From an uncultured Gemmatimonadales bacterium (GTDB lineage: Bacteria; Gemmatimonadota; Gemmatimonadetes; Gemmatimonadales; GWC2-71-9): 64,000 nucleotides of DNA. The stretch is from positions 32,001 through 96,000 of the forward strand of contig CAVSQW010000012.1 in assembly GCA_963730185.1 (NCBI GenBank), written 5' to 3'. A model generated the notes under the pieces. The model was not told the DNA's origin and did not search any database. It saw nothing but the letters and a program-made list of their open reading frames with translations. Below, one piece after another: positions 37,610 through 47,603 of this stretch (its first letter is position 1; every line of letters starts with the position of its first letter). Position numbers and translations under genes: made by a program.

Positions 37610-37669
37610 TCGTGAGTGGTGATTGGTGAGTGGTGAACAGGGAGTGAGTGGTGAGTTGGGAGTCGGGGG
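37610..37669 (+). repeat. Heptamer tandem array, copy C
   Basis: TCGTGAG TGGTGAT TGGTGAG TGGTGAA CAGGGAG tgag TGGTGAG TTGGGAG TCGGGGG; the last unit pairs with the following CCCCCGA. Confidence 0.85.
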
Positions 37670-37682
37670 CCACCCCCGAAAC

Positions 37683-38603
37683 TTAGGGCGCCAGCCAGCG
37701 GATTGCTTGGCGGACGAAGCGCCAGTTCTGGGGGGCGCTCGGCACGTTCATTCCCATGGGTCGGCCTCGGGCCAGCTGGGCGGTGAGCATCGCGGCTTCC
37801 CCGGTGACGACCACCCGGCCCCGGCCGACCTGACCGGCGGCGGCTTGCACCATGCCTTCCGCCGACTCGCGGGTGGTGGTCGAGTCGAACTCCCAGGCTA
37901 CCTTGGGAAGGTAGTTGACCGCACCGGGCCCGAAGACCATCAGCGGCGTGAACCCTTGAGGCACCCGGAATCCCTCGCCCGTGAACGAGCGAACCGAGTC
38001 GATCCGCTCGCCAGGCGCCTGGCCGTCGGTGATCGGGTGCGACCGGAGGGTCCCAGCGGCTCGGGTGAAAGCCGGGACGCCGTGGCCGGGGGCCGAGTCG
38101 AAAACGAAGCCGTTCGTCAGGGTCACGCCGAACGCGGCGGCCAATGGGCCCGCCGCGCCGGGGAACGGCATGTGATCGGCGGCCAGGAGGAGACCGCCGC
38201 CCCCTCGGATAAAGGCGGCAATCGTACCGATCTCCTGATCGGTGAACGCCGACGGCGTCGGGAGGGCCCAGCGCTGGAGATTGGCCTCGGCCAGGGCGTT
38301 GGCGATGACGAGGATCTTCACGCCACGGAGCGATTCGGACGTGACCGGGCCGTCAAGCGACCGGACCCGATAGCCATCGTCGCGCATCAGCTGGGCAAAG
38401 GCCCGGAACCGCCCGTCGGCGGTGTGGAAGTCGTGGTGGCCGGCGTCGATTGCCACGACCGGACCGGTGCCGGCGGCGAATCGGGGCCGCTCGATCGGGG
38501 CCCGGAAGACGGTATCGGACACCTGCTGCGCCGCCAGGGCGCCGGTCCAGGCGACCGCCAGGAGCCCGACCAGTCCCGCCAGACGGGGGGCCTTACCCGG
38601 CAC
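37683..38603 (-). CDS. Secreted DUF4350/class I GATase-like hypothetical protein
   Basis: Signal peptide; IDAGHHDFHT..GRF, LVIANA, SAFTDQEI, GGGLLLAADHMPF, GRVVVTGEAAML.AQ, GMN...N; GGAGG upstream of GTG 38603. Confidence 0.75.
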   Translation of the reverse strand: MPGKAPRLAGLVGLLAVAWTGALAAQQVSDTVFRAPIERPRFAAGTGPVVAIDAGHHDFHTADGRFRAFAQLMRDDGYRVRSLDGPVTSESLRGVKILVIANALAEANLQRWALPTPSAFTDQEIGTIAAFIRGGGGLLLAADHMPFPGAAGPLAAAFGVTLTNGFVFDSAPGHGVPAFTRAAGTLRSHPITDGQAPGERIDSVRSFTGEGFRVPQGFTPLMVFGPGAVNYLPKVAWEFDSTTTRESAEGMVQAAAGQVGRGRVVVTGEAAMLTAQLARGRPMGMNVPSAPQNWRFVRQAIRWLAP

Positions 38604-38681
38604 GCAGCACCTCCACGGGATCGACCCGGACGCCAGGCCGGAGGGCCAAGCGGGCCGCCGGTCCTGAAGTAGGTCGGTCAT
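38593..38681 (-). pseudogene. Collapsed ADOP permease relic (N- and C-terminal codons only)
   Basis: ATG 38681 encodes MTDLLQD; the shifted frame encodes ..RLAL..VRVDPVEVLRAG-stop (TAA 38593-38595). Confidence 0.6.
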
Positions 38682-38682
38682 C

Positions 38683-41082
38683 TCATTCCGCCTTGAGGGC
38701 GACGATGGGATCGACCCGAACTGCCCGCCGAGCGGGCACCAGACTGGCGACCAGGGCGACCGCGACGATCAGGAGGCCGATCACACCGAACGTCAGAGGA
38801 TCAGCGGGGCTCACGCCGAGGAGCAGGCTCTTGACCAACTGGCCGACGCCGACGGCCAGCGCCGCGCCGATCGCCCCGCCGATCACCGCCAGCCGGAGGC
38901 CGTCGAGCATCACCAGGCGCGCGACGTCGCCGGTGGCGGCGCCGAGCGCGACCCGCACGCCGATCTCGCGGGTCCGCTGCGCCACCGAATAGGCCATCAC
39001 CCCATAGATCCCGATGGCGGCCAAGAGCAGCGCGAGCCCGCCGAACACCGCCAGCGACTTGGACCCGAGCTGCTGGCCGATGGTGGACTGGAGCATATTC
39101 TCGCTCAGCGTCCGGGGACCGAGGAAGGGCAGGTCGGCGTAGACCGCCCGGACTTCGGCCCGGATCGGCTCGATCATGGTCCGGGGATCGGCGACCGTCC
39201 GGACGTGGATGGTCGTTCCAGGATTGTAGGCGAGCCAGTAAGGCCGGTAGATGAGCGGGAACGGCGAGTCGGTCAGCTGCTGATAATGTCCGTCCCGAGC
39301 CACCCCGACCACGGTCCAGGACCGGCCTTGCTGCTGGAACTCCCGACCGATCGCCTCTTTCCCGGGCCAGAACCGGCGGACGAACGCTTCGTTGACCACG
39401 GCCACGTCTTGGTCGTCAGCCGCGATGCCCCGGCCCTTGACCAGGTCGATGCCCATCGTCGCGAAGTAATCCGAGGAGACCCGTGAATACACGATCGACA
39501 TGTTCTCGTCTTTGGCCGGCTCGTAGCCGTCGATCCGGATCGACGACGACGAGCAGCAGCTCCAGCTCAGCGGCACGAAGGTGGCGCTGGTCGCGTTCCG
39601 GACGCCGGGCATGGCCCGGATCCGGGTCAGGATCCGGCGCATCATCTCGGGGCCCAGGCTGTCGGGGACGCCGGCCACCTGAAAATCGGTCGTGACCAGG
39701 AGGACGTGATCCGGGTCGGTGAAGCCGGGATCGATCCGCTTGATCTGCTGCATTGCCCGGAGGAAGAGCCCGGCCGACACCAGGGAGACCACCGCCAGCG
39801 CCACCTGTCCCACCACCAGGGCATTCCGTCCACCCGAACGGCCCCGACTGCCGGTGGTGACGTCCTTGAGCACCGACACCAGGTCCGGGCGGGTGGCTCG
39901 GATGGCGGGCCAGAGCCCAAAGATCAGCACCGTGAGTGACGTCAACCCGGCCGCGACCAGGAGGACCCGCCCGTTGACCTGGAAGTCAAAGGAGAGCGGG
40001 AATGGGGTGGGCGGCAGGGCGGCGGCCAGCAAGTTCCGGCCCCAGGCCGCGAAGAACACGCCGGCCGCGCCGCCGACCAAGGCGAGCAGCGCGCTCTCGG
40101 TCAGCAGCTGCCGGACGACCCGACTTCGGTCTGCGCCAACGGCGAGCCGGACGGCGATCTCCTTCTCGCGGGCGGCGCTCCGGGCCAAGAGGAGGTTCGC
40201 GACGTTGGCGCACGCGATGAGGAGAATCAGCCCGGTGATCCCGAGCAGGGACAGGAAGATCGGTCGCATCGTGGCGGCCGGGCCTCGATCGGTGAGCCCG
40301 GAGATGACCGCATGGTTGGCGTTGTCCGGGTAGACCTTGTCCAGCTCGTTGCCGACCCGGTCCATGTCCGCCCGGGCCATGGCCATGGTGACGCCCGGCT
40401 TGAGCCGGGCGACTCCCTGCATGAACTGCGACCCCCGGTGCTCCAGCGGATTGGCGTTGAAGAGGATGGGATAGGTGGTGACCAGGACGTAGACGTCGAA
40501 TTCGAGCCCGACGTAGCTCCCCCCGAATCGGGGCGGCATCACCCCCACCACCGCGAAGTCGTGCCCGTTGAGCGTGATCGTCCGCCCGACGACGGTGGAG
40601 TCCGAGTCGAACCGGCGCTGCCAAAAGCCGTACCCCAGAACGGCCACCGGGGCGGCCTGGTGCTCTTCCTCGGCCCGAAAGGTCCGCCCCAGCATGGCCC
40701 GGACGCCGAGGACATCGAACACGTTGGCACTCGCGACCGAGGCCCAGGCCCGCTCCACCCCCTGCCCCATCCGGACCCCGACCTGCTGGGCCGACTGGAC
40801 CGTCATGCCCTCGAACGAGCGGTTCCGTTCCGACCAATCACGGTAGGAGGGATAGGAGACCGACCAGGTGGAGCCGCCCGGTGCCTGGGTCAGGAAGGTG
40901 ACCAGGCGGGAAGCGTTCTCGACCTCGGGCAGCGGATTGACCAGGAACCGATCGGTCCAGGTGTACACCGTGGTGACCGTGCCGATCCCGAGCCCCAGCG
41001 AGAGTAGGGTCACCCCCAGAAACCCCGGCGTCTTCCCGAGGGAGCGGAGCGCCACCCTGATGTCGTTGCCCAGACCTCTCAT
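38683..41082 (-). CDS. ADOP-type MacB/FtsX ABC permease
   Basis: DIRVALRSL.KTPGF, LLIACANVANLLLAR, REIGVRVALGA, PARRAVRVDPIVALKAE. Confidence 0.95.
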   Translation of the reverse strand: MRGLGNDIRVALRSLGKTPGFLGVTLLSLGLGIGTVTTVYTWTDRFLVNPLPEVENASRLVTFLTQAPGGSTWSVSYPSYRDWSERNRSFEGMTVQSAQQVGVRMGQGVERAWASVASANVFDVLGVRAMLGRTFRAEEEHQAAPVAVLGYGFWQRRFDSDSTVVGRTITLNGHDFAVVGVMPPRFGGSYVGLEFDVYVLVTTYPILFNANPLEHRGSQFMQGVARLKPGVTMAMARADMDRVGNELDKVYPDNANHAVISGLTDRGPAATMRPIFLSLLGITGLILLIACANVANLLLARSAAREKEIAVRLAVGADRSRVVRQLLTESALLALVGGAAGVFFAAWGRNLLAAALPPTPFPLSFDFQVNGRVLLVAAGLTSLTVLIFGLWPAIRATRPDLVSVLKDVTTGSRGRSGGRNALVVGQVALAVVSLVSAGLFLRAMQQIKRIDPGFTDPDHVLLVTTDFQVAGVPDSLGPEMMRRILTRIRAMPGVRNATSATFVPLSWSCCSSSSIRIDGYEPAKDENMSIVYSRVSSDYFATMGIDLVKGRGIAADDQDVAVVNEAFVRRFWPGKEAIGREFQQQGRSWTVVGVARDGHYQQLTDSPFPLIYRPYWLAYNPGTTIHVRTVADPRTMIEPIRAEVRAVYADLPFLGPRTLSENMLQSTIGQQLGSKSLAVFGGLALLLAAIGIYGVMAYSVAQRTREIGVRVALGAATGDVARLVMLDGLRLAVIGGAIGAALAVGVGQLVKSLLLGVSPADPLTFGVIGLLIVAVALVASLVPARRAVRVDPIVALKAE

Positions 41083-41100
41083 CGATCGTCTCCCATCGAG

Positions 41101-43551
41101 TCATTCGCTGCGGAGAGCCTGCACCGGATCGACGCGGGTCGCGCGGCGGGCCGGGACGTAGCAGGCGAGGAACGCGACCGCCGCGAGGATCGCGGGGGCG
41201 ACGACGAAGGCCAGGGGATCCCAAGGGCTCACGCCGTAGAGCCAGGCGTCCAGCAGGCGGCTCCCGATCGCCGCCAGCACCAGGCCGGCCCCGAGCCCGA
41301 CGGCAACGACGCTCATCCCCTCGCGGAGCACCAGGGCCACCACGTCGCGCACGTGGGCACCCAGCGCCAGCCGGATCCCGAGCTCCCGGGTCCGCTGGGT
41401 CACGCCGTGAGCGATCGCGCCGTAGAGCCCGAGACACGCGATGGCCAGGCCGACCAGACCGAGCGCCATCAGGAGTCCGGTCGCGAACCGCGCGGGCCAG
41501 AGTCCCATCACCACCCGATCGCTGAGCGGTCCCGACGCGATCACGCTCAGCCCCGGATCGACCTCATCGAGCGCCGCCCGGACCCGGGGGAGGGCGGCGC
41601 CCGGGTCGCCGGCCGTCCGGGCGATCAGGGTCAGGTAGCTGTCGTAACGTTGGAGCACGGAGTAGTAGATCGCCGCCGTCGGCTCCTCACCGGGGGTATT
41701 GACCTTCACGTCGTGCACCACGCCGACCACCTCGTACCAGTGGTTGGGACCCGTGTCGAAGCTGTTGGCAAAGCGCTTGCCCATGGCATCCTGACCCGGC
41801 CAGAGCTGGCGGGCTGCGGTCTCGTTGATCACCGCGACTCTGGGAGCCCCCGGCCGGTCGGCGGCCGCGAGATCCCGGCCGGCCACCAGGGTCGCCCCGA
41901 TGGTGTGGAAGTAGGCCGGCCCGACGCTCGCGACCTGCACGAAGGGCGGCCGCTCTTCGCCCTGGAACGCCCGTCCCTCGATCCGGACCTCGTCCGAGGA
42001 CAGGTTGAGATCGAGCGGGGCCCGGTTGGTGACCGAGGCCGCGACGATCCCCGGCTCGCTCGCCAACCGGGCCAAGGCCTGTTCGACGAACCGTCGGCCG
42101 TCGTCGCCGCCGAAGCCTTGGTGGGCGAGGTTGAACTGGAGCATGGCGGCATGGTCGGGTTGGAACCCGAGATCGATCCGCTGGGCGCCCCCCAGTCCCC
42201 GGACCAGCAGCCCGGCCGCGACCAGCAGCAGGACCGACACCGTGAGCTGGCCGGCCAGGAGCAGGGCCCTGACGCGGGACCGCCGCCGCCCCCCGCCGAC
42301 CCGTCCTTGGTGGAGATCGAGGGCGACCTCCACCCGACCGGCCCGGGCCGCCGGAATCACACCGAACCCGATGCCGGCCAGCATGGCGACCGCCGCAGTG
42401 AACGCAATCACCCGCCAATCGATCGCCAGATCGAGCGAGAGCGGCAGCGGGATGGGCGGCTGGAAGGCCACCAGCGCACGGGTCGACCAGCCCACCAGCA
42501 ACAGACCCAGGGCGCCGCCGAGCATCGCCAGGAGCACGTTCTCGGTCAGCAGCTGTCGAGCCATCCGCCCCCGGCCCGCGCCGAGGGCCAATCGCACCGC
42601 GAACTCGCGCTGCCGGCCGGCGGCCCGGGTGAGCTGCAGAGTCGCCAGGTTGGCGCAGACGATCAGCAGCACCAGCGCGGGGATCGCGAGCAGGACCAGG
42701 GCGGCTCCGGTGATGACTCCGTCGATCATCGGGTTGATCACCACCGTGGCGGTCGAGACGCCCGTGAACGACAATCCCGCATTGGTCGTCGGATACTCCG
42801 CGGCCAGCTGCCGACCGATGGCGTCGAGATCCTGGCGGCCTTGCTCGACCGTGGCGCCGGGCTTGAGCCGGGCCTTGACGAACCCCGAGTGGTTCGACCG
42901 GTCGGTCAGCAGGGTCGTTCCAGGGTACAGCTGGGTCTGGGCCGCGGCCGGAATCCAGGCACCAGGGACCAGGCCGCGAACCATGCCCCCGAAGCTGGGA
43001 GGCGCCACGCCGATCACGGTGAACGGCCGGCCGTTCAGCCGGATGGCCTTCCCGACCGCCGCCGGGTCGGCGCCCAGCATCCGGGTCCAGAACTGATGAC
43101 TCACGACCACCGTCAACGGCGCCCCCTCCACGTCGTCCCTGGCCGGGTCGAACGTCCGGCCCAGCCAGGGCTTGACCCCCAGAACGTCGAAGTAGTTACC
43201 GGTGACCGTCTCGGCCCAGATGGTCCGGATCTCGTCGCCGGTGCCGTACCCCAGGCTGCCGAGACGGTAGAGCATCGCGTCGGCGAACACCCGACTCCGT
43301 TCCCGGAGGTCGCGGTAGTCGGGATACGACATCGAGCCGAAGGCGAAAGATTTCGAGCGGAGATAGACGTCCATCAGCCGCGCCGGCTCCGCGTAACCGC
43401 GGGGCCGGAGGAAGACGCCGTTGACGACGTTGAAGAGCGTGCTGGTGGCTCCGATGCCAAGCCCGAGCGTGAGCACGGCGACCAGGGTGAAGCCCGGCGC
43501 CTTGAGCAGCTGGCGGGCCGCATACCGGAGGTCGTGGAGCAGGGTGTCCAT
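41101..43551 (-). CDS. ADOP-type MacB/FtsX ABC permease
   Basis: MDTLLHDLRYAARQL.K.PGF, LLIVCANLA, RELGIRLALGA, PARRATRVDPVQALRSE. Confidence 0.95.
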   Translation of the reverse strand: MDTLLHDLRYAARQLLKAPGFTLVAVLTLGLGIGATSTLFNVVNGVFLRPRGYAEPARLMDVYLRSKSFAFGSMSYPDYRDLRERSRVFADAMLYRLGSLGYGTGDEIRTIWAETVTGNYFDVLGVKPWLGRTFDPARDDVEGAPLTVVVSHQFWTRMLGADPAAVGKAIRLNGRPFTVIGVAPPSFGGMVRGLVPGAWIPAAAQTQLYPGTTLLTDRSNHSGFVKARLKPGATVEQGRQDLDAIGRQLAAEYPTTNAGLSFTGVSTATVVINPMIDGVITGAALVLLAIPALVLLIVCANLATLQLTRAAGRQREFAVRLALGAGRGRMARQLLTENVLLAMLGGALGLLLVGWSTRALVAFQPPIPLPLSLDLAIDWRVIAFTAAVAMLAGIGFGVIPAARAGRVEVALDLHQGRVGGGRRRSRVRALLLAGQLTVSVLLLVAAGLLVRGLGGAQRIDLGFQPDHAAMLQFNLAHQGFGGDDGRRFVEQALARLASEPGIVAASVTNRAPLDLNLSSDEVRIEGRAFQGEERPPFVQVASVGPAYFHTIGATLVAGRDLAAADRPGAPRVAVINETAARQLWPGQDAMGKRFANSFDTGPNHWYEVVGVVHDVKVNTPGEEPTAAIYYSVLQRYDSYLTLIARTAGDPGAALPRVRAALDEVDPGLSVIASGPLSDRVVMGLWPARFATGLLMALGLVGLAIACLGLYGAIAHGVTQRTRELGIRLALGAHVRDVVALVLREGMSVVAVGLGAGLVLAAIGSRLLDAWLYGVSPWDPLAFVVAPAILAAVAFLACYVPARRATRVDPVQALRSE

Positions 43552-43571
43552 GGCTCTGGCCTCCCGGAATG

Positions 43572-43590
43572 AGGCCCGGGGTTCCCGGGC

Positions 43591-43592
<2 letters not shown>
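43572..43592. other. Intercistronic hairpin after the ABC ATPase stop
   Basis: AGGCCCGGG-gtt-CCCGGGCCT, perfect 9-bp stem, no U-tract. Confidence 0.5.
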
Positions 43593-44292
<700 letters not shown>

Positions 44293-44343
44293 GGCGTCTC
44301 CGGGGCAGTTGGGTAAGGGGCACGGTCGTTGGTCAGTCGTTGC

Positions 44344-45591
44344 TTACTTGATCTTCACCCGGTCCACGTTGTCCCACCGGGACATGTCGGACAGGATGAT
44401 CTTGTCACCGACGTTCAAGCCGTCGAGGATCTCCACCCGGCTCACCGAGGTCCGGCCGAACTTCACCTGAACCCGGTCGGCGTAATGGCCGTCGGGGGTC
44501 AGGCGAAAGATGGTACCCGGACTGTTCTGCTGCGCCAACGGGGGCCGCGAGACGTTGAGCACGTTGTCGAGCCGTTCCAGCTCGACCACCCCGTCGACGC
44601 TCAGGTCGGGTCGGGCGCCGTCCGGCGGCGTGCCGTCCAGCCCGACGTCCACGGCCACGGTCCCGTTGATGGGCGCGGGATCGATCCGGGTCACGTGTCC
44701 AGCCGCCAAACCGTTGCGCGTGTCGATCGTGGCCTTCTGGCCGATGGCCAGGTCCTTGGCCTGGGTCTCGGGGATCCGGAGCACGGCCTTGAGGCGGATC
44801 GGGGTCGGGACCACCTTGGCCAGCACCGCCCCCGGGAGTGCGTACTGCCCGACCTGGAGCGGCACTTCGGTCAGCACCCCGGTGGCGCCGGCCTTGACCG
44901 TCATCGACTGCACCAGGCCGTGCTGGAACGCGGCGATCGACTTGAGCCGGGCCACCTGCTCCTGCTGCACCCTGATCTGGTCCTCGATGGTCGAGGACAA
45001 GAGCTCGAGCCGCTCCCTCTCGATCCGGAGCCGCTCGATCAACGAGGTCGAGCGGTCCTGAGCCTGCTGCTGATCCAGGGGAATGATCAGCCCTTTCTTG
45101 AGCAGCTCCGCGCCGGCCTCGGCCCGCCGCTTGGCGTCGGCCGCCTCCTGCTCGGTCTGGGCAACCGTGGACTGCTGGTTGAGCTTGTTGTTCTCGAGAT
45201 TCGTTCGGAGCGTGACCAGGGCCGCCTCGGCGTCGGTGAGCAGCCGATCGGCGTTGAGCTGCTGGATCTGAACGTCGGGATTGGCCAGCTCCATTAGGAT
45301 GGTCTCGGGCTGCACCGTCACGCCCGGCAGAAAGTGGATCCTCTCGATCCGCCCCGCCGTCACCGCCGAGATCCAGCGAATCTCCTCGGGAATCAGGGTG
45401 CCCGGTCCCCGCACCTCGCGCACCATCTCGCCCTTGACCACTGAATCCGTGTAGATCGTGCTCCCGTCCACCGAAGGGGCCGCCGGTTGGAGTCGCGCCA
45501 GGGCCACGGTGACGGAGGCAAGCGCGATGACGCCCACCCCGATCAGGATCATCTTCTTCTTGCTTCGCGGCTTGTCGCGAACGATATCCAC
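44344..45591 (-). CDS. Efflux periplasmic adaptor subunit (HlyD/MacA family)
   Basis: GTG start (MDIVRDKP..KKK then a TM helix), VRGPGTL, coiled coil, RPDLSVDG, VEILDGL..GDKII. Confidence 0.92.
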   Translation of the reverse strand: MDIVRDKPRSKKKMILIGVGVIALASVTVALARLQPAAPSVDGSTIYTDSVVKGEMVREVRGPGTLIPEEIRWISAVTAGRIERIHFLPGVTVQPETILMELANPDVQIQQLNADRLLTDAEAALVTLRTNLENNKLNQQSTVAQTEQEAADAKRRAEAGAELLKKGLIIPLDQQQAQDRSTSLIERLRIERERLELLSSTIEDQIRVQQEQVARLKSIAAFQHGLVQSMTVKAGATGVLTEVPLQVGQYALPGAVLAKVVPTPIRLKAVLRIPETQAKDLAIGQKATIDTRNGLAAGHVTRIDPAPINGTVAVDVGLDGTPPDGARPDLSVDGVVELERLDNVLNVSRPPLAQQNSPGTIFRLTPDGHYADRVQVKFGRTSVSRVEILDGLNVGDKIILSDMSRWDNVDRVKIK

Positions 45592-45645
45592 CCAGACGCT
45601 CCCGCTTCGAGTCCATTGAGAGCCACCTAACCGAGATGGATCAAG

Positions 45646-45769
45646 GGAACTTTCGTGCCGTCGGACCACCCGCCACAAAGCTTTGCCTGGCAACGGATTG
45701 CGATCTTCGGGCGCGCTTCAGGCCCGAGCGTGGTGTCCGAATGTGGGACGGGAAGTCCCACTCCCGAAC
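45646..45769 (-). promoter_or_regulatory. Putative sigma54 promoter plus tandem enhancer sites for the MacAB-type operon
   Basis: CGGCACG-AAAG-TTCC on the minus strand (45646-45660; -12 element imperfect); GTCC-N7-GGAC (45735-45749) and GTCC-N7-GAAC (45755-45769). Confidence 0.5.
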
Positions 45770-45901
45770 GAGGCGTCAGTGTCCGGGTCGGATCGGCTGG
45801 TTCACCCTTCCTTACGATCCGAGGCCGTCGCCGGAGCCCGAGGCAGACAGCCGGCCCACCAGGCCTTGCTGGGACGGCCTCCTTTGGTACCATTCCAGCC
45901 C

Positions 45902-46945
45902 ATGACGCCGGAACCTCGAGGCCAGCCGTCCGGCACCAGCGAATCGCGCTGGCAGGCCCTGACCCGCGGCGTGCCGCTCTACGTCGCGACCTTCTCGTGT
46001 GATGGCTACCTTACCTTCCTGAACCGGGGCCAGGGAATCGACGACCCCGCGCCGTTCCTCGGCCGCCACATCTCGGAGCTCCTCCCGCTCGGCGACGGGC
46101 TCGACATCCGAGACGCCATCACCGAGGTGGTTGGCGACGGCTCGCCGGTGCGGCTCGAGATCCCGGCGATGCTCCAGGACAGCCGGATGCGCTGGCTGGA
46201 GCTCCACCTGGCGCCGCTCCGCGAGGACGATCGCATCGTCGGAGTGCTCGCGGTCGGGCTGGACGTCACCGACAGCCGGCAGTCGGCCATCGAGCTCCGG
46301 ATGAGCGTCAACGCGCTCCACCGGGTCATCGAGTCCCGGGAACAGCTCGAGGCCGACCTCCACGACAGCGTGCTCCAGTCGCTCTTCGGCGTGGGGCTCC
46401 GGCTCGAAGCGGCTCGCGCCGCGGCCCGCTCGAGTGGCGGCCCGGGGGGCGGGCACCTCGATCTGGCGGTGGCTCAGCTCAACGCCACGATGAAGGAGAT
46501 CCGGCAGTTCATCGCCGAGGGGCACTCGAGCGCCCCACCGGGGACTCGGTGGGACGAGGCGCTGGCCGGCATTCTCCGGGGGCTCGAGGTCGAGAACGGC
46601 CCCCGGATCCAGCTACGGGTCGATCCCAAGGCGGTGGCCAGGGTGTCGCCGCCGGACCAGAGCGACGTGGTATCGATCGCCCGCGAGGCCGTGAACAACG
46701 CGGTGCGCCACGCCCGGGCCGGGCAGATCGTGGTCCGGCTCCTGGACGACGGGCCCGACATCCGGCTCGAGGTGGAGGACGATGGGATCGGCTTCCGACC
46801 CGACCAGGACGTGCGGGGACTGGGCATGCTGACCATGACCCGGCGGGCCAGCCGGATTGGCGCGATGCTGACGGTCCAGAGCTCGCCCGCCATGGGGACG
46901 CTGATCCGCCTCGACCTTCCCGTGGAGGCAGTTGATGGCGGCTGA
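45902..46945 (+). CDS. Cytoplasmic PAS sensor histidine kinase (HisKA_3 class)
   Basis: PAS/PAC region; DLHDSVLQSL, REAVNNAVRHA, DDGIGF, GLGM..M..RA. Confidence 0.92.
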   Translation: MTPEPRGQPSGTSESRWQALTRGVPLYVATFSCDGYLTFLNRGQGIDDPAPFLGRHISELLPLGDGLDIRDAITEVVGDGSPVRLEIPAMLQDSRMRWLELHLAPLREDDRIVGVLAVGLDVTDSRQSAIELRMSVNALHRVIESREQLEADLHDSVLQSLFGVGLRLEAARAAARSSGGPGGGHLDLAVAQLNATMKEIRQFIAEGHSSAPPGTRWDEALAGILRGLEVENGPRIQLRVDPKAVARVSPPDQSDVVSIAREAVNNAVRHARAGQIVVRLLDDGPDIRLEVEDDGIGFRPDQDVRGLGMLTMTRRASRIGAMLTVQSSPAMGTLIRLDLPVEAVDGG

Positions 46946-47603
46946 GAGCCCGATTCGAGTCCTGCTGGTCGACGACAGCGCGGTGGTTCGCATCGGGCTC
47001 AAGGAGGTCCTCTCGGCCGATCCGGCGATCGAGGTGATCGGCGAGGGCACCACCAGCGACGAAGGACTGGTGAAGGCGGTCGAGCTCCAGCCCGATGTCG
47101 TCCTGCTCGACGTTCGGCTGCCGGAGATCGGCGGGATCGAGACCTGCCGCCAGCTGCTCGAGACGATGCCCGGCGTCCGGGTGCTCTTCCTCTCGGCCTT
47201 CGCCGATGAGGAGCTGGTCCGGGCGGGGATCCTAGTGGGCGCCCACGGTTATCTGCTCAAGGAGATCGACGCCGCCCTGCTGGTCGATTCGATCAAGCGG
47301 GTGGCGGGCGGCGACTCGATCCTGGACCCGACCCTGCGACAGGGCATGCTGGACTGGGTCCTCCGGAACGTCCCGGCCGGCGTGGCCGACCAGGCCGCCG
47401 GCGCGGCGCTCTCGCCTCAGGAGGAACGGATCGTGGCGCTGGTGGCCGACGGGAAGACCAACAAGGAGATCGCGGCGATCCTCGAGCTCTCCCCCAAGAC
47501 GGTGAAGAACTACCTCCACAACGTCTTCGAGAAGCTCGGTATCCGCCGCCGCTCCCAGGCGGCGGTGCTGCACGCCCGACGAAAGTTCGGCCGGGGCCTC
47601 TAA
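46935..47603 (+). CDS. NarL/DevR-like response regulator
   Basis: LVDDS, LLDVRLP, GYLLK, LuxR HTH LSPQE..GKTNKEIA..LSPKTVKNY. Confidence 0.95.
   Translation: MAAESPIRVLLVDDSAVVRIGLKEVLSADPAIEVIGEGTTSDEGLVKAVELQPDVVLLDVRLPEIGGIETCRQLLETMPGVRVLFLSAFADEELVRAGILVGAHGYLLKEIDAALLVDSIKRVAGGDSILDPTLRQGMLDWVLRNVPAGVADQAAGAALSPQEERIVALVADGKTNKEIAAILELSPKTVKNYLHNVFEKLGIRRRSQAAVLHARRKFGRGL

Noticed and set aside
44325..44343. Possible fourth heptamer array (CGGTCGT TGGTCAG TCGT TGC) after the adaptor stop
   Set aside because: Only two or three units with a different consensus; too short to distinguish from chance.
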